Shown here: positions 34,944 through 36,354 of the stretch, one piece after another | Layout of the letters: each line of letters begins with the position of its first letter | Position numbering within the stretch: position 1 is the first letter of the stretch | NCBI RefSeq assembly: GCF_001194135.2 | Contig: NC_068993.1 | Span: 13,744,188 to 13,780,541 of the forward strand | DNA from: Octopus bimaculoides | Lineage: Eukaryota | Reading direction: 5' to 3' | DNA length: 36,354 bases | Notes under the pieces: model-generated | Seen by the model: only the letters and a program-made list of their open reading frames with translations | The model's database searches: none | Told to the model about the DNA's origin: nothing | Translations under genes and position numbers: made by a program

Positions 34944-35433
34944 NNNNNNNNNNNNNNNNNNNNNNNNNNNNNNNNNNNNNNNNNNNNNNNNNNNNNNNNN
35001 NNNNNNNNNNNNNNNNNNNNNNNNNNNNNNNNNNNNNNNNNNNNNNNNNNNNNNNNNNNNNNNNNNNNNNNNNNNNNNNNNNNNNNNNNNNNNNNNNNNN
35101 NNNNNNNNNNNNNNNNNNNNNNNNNNNNNNNNNNNNNNNNNNNNNNNNNNNNNNNNNNNNNNNNNNNNNNNNNNNNNNNNNNNNNNNNNNNNNNNNNNNN
35201 NNNNNNNNNNNNNNNNNNNNNNNNNNNNNNNNNNNNNNNNNNNNNNNNNNNNNNNNNNNNNNNNNNNNNNNNNNNNNNNNNNNNNNNNNNNNNNNNNNNN
35301 NNNNNNNNNNNNNNNNNNNNNNNNNNNNNNNNNNNNNNNNNNNNNNNNNNNNNNNNNNNNNNNNNNNNNNNNNNNNNNNNNNNNNNNNNNNNNNNNNNNN
35401 NNNNNNNNNNNNNNNNNNNNNNNNNNNNNNNNN
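34944..35433. other. Assembly gap (N-run)
   Basis: N-run between (TA)n and (TATG)n. Confidence 1.
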
Positions 35434-35939
35434 TATGTATGTATGTATGTATGTATGTATGTATGTATATAATTTTAATGAGCTTCAGGAACAGGGACCG
35501 TGATTAAAACAAATCACTTATTACGAGATTCATTGACTTGAAGAAATACCCTATCAGTATCTAAATTAGCTTAACTTCTTGATTGAAATTGAAATAAGAT
35601 TGTATTTAATGATTTTTGTATCATTTTATAATTGTTCTCAAACTCACTGTCAACGGCAATATATGAAAATATATTGCACATTATATACTGAGTTTCAGAA
35701 ACGAGGCGATTTATTCGGCTTCCAACCGAGTGAGGGAATATTGCATAAGAATATCCAAGGGCGTTAATTGAGAAATTTATTTGCTACAGATATTTAATGG
35801 GATATAAGTGCACTGAATGTATGTGTGTGCACGCCATTGAGAATGCCTGTTTACGAATATAAAATATATGTCTATGCAAATATAATTTAATTGATTATTT
35901 GCGTATATATATTTCTGTGTCTATATAGCTGTGTATGTG

Positions 35940-36354
35940 AGAAGGAAAGATATAGATAAACAGATAGTAGGAGAGAGGGAGATATATGTACCGACATAGT
36001 GTATGTGAGTGAGAGAGAGATAGAGAGAAATAGAGAGAGAGATAGAGAGAAATAGAGAGAGAGAGAGTGATAGTGGGAAGGAGAGAGATAGAGGGAGAGA
36101 GAATAGAGTTGTATGTGTATATGCATAAACATTTTGAAGTGCATAACTGCTGTGTGTGAGCTTATGTTGTTTGGAAACTGTATTTCATGATACACATGAA
36201 TAAATATACGTACACACCCACCCACACACAAACATACATACACACATACACACACACATACACACACACACAAACAAACACATACACACACACACGTACG
36301 TAAATTTTATGTGTATATACACACACACACACTCACAGAAAGAGAGAGGGAGAG
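35940..36354. repeat. Degenerate (GA)n polypurine tract followed by (CA)n
   Basis: Direct reading. Confidence 0.85.

Noticed and set aside
1-36354. Long ORFs in the track made of IY/CV/HT/poly-I/poly-L/poly-X
   Set aside because: They are translations of di-, tri- and tetranucleotide microsatellites or run through N-gaps; no coding evidence.
1-36354. CRISPR array, operon, prophage or other prokaryotic system
   Set aside because: No repeat-spacer arrays or dense ORFs; the sequence is eukaryotic repeat-rich DNA.

Overview
AT-rich, microsatellite-dense eukaryotic genomic DNA from a gapped draft scaffold (9 N-runs, about 4.6 kb, most flanked by (TA)n). The repeat families resemble those I recall from coleoid cephalopods (Octopus-like); this is inference, not a database result. 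I can support no intact protein-coding gene, RNA gene, CRISPR array or prokaryotic system. Nearly all ORFs in the track are microsatellite or N-gap artefacts. The interpretable content is decayed transposons. (1) A ~1.4 kb RTE-clade LINE 3' half (minus strand). (2) Five plus-strand fragments of restriction-like-endonuclease (RLE; R4/Dong-like) non-LTR elements, two of them separated by an (AAT)n array. (3) A Tx1/L1 zf-RVT fragment. (4) An internally deleted Tc1-like transposon with its right TIR. (5) A 72-bp mariner-type MITE. (6) At least two tRNA-derived SINE families. (7) An unclassified ~570-bp element ending in (AAT)n. The most unusual items are a perfect 83-bp local copy with a microhomology/templated-insertion signature (6.9 kb), the same-orientation RLE elements abutting (TAA)n tracts (17-18 kb), SINEs with a shared head but different tails, and a few speculative splice-bounded mini-exons. 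I do not see convincing evidence of a wholly new biological system.
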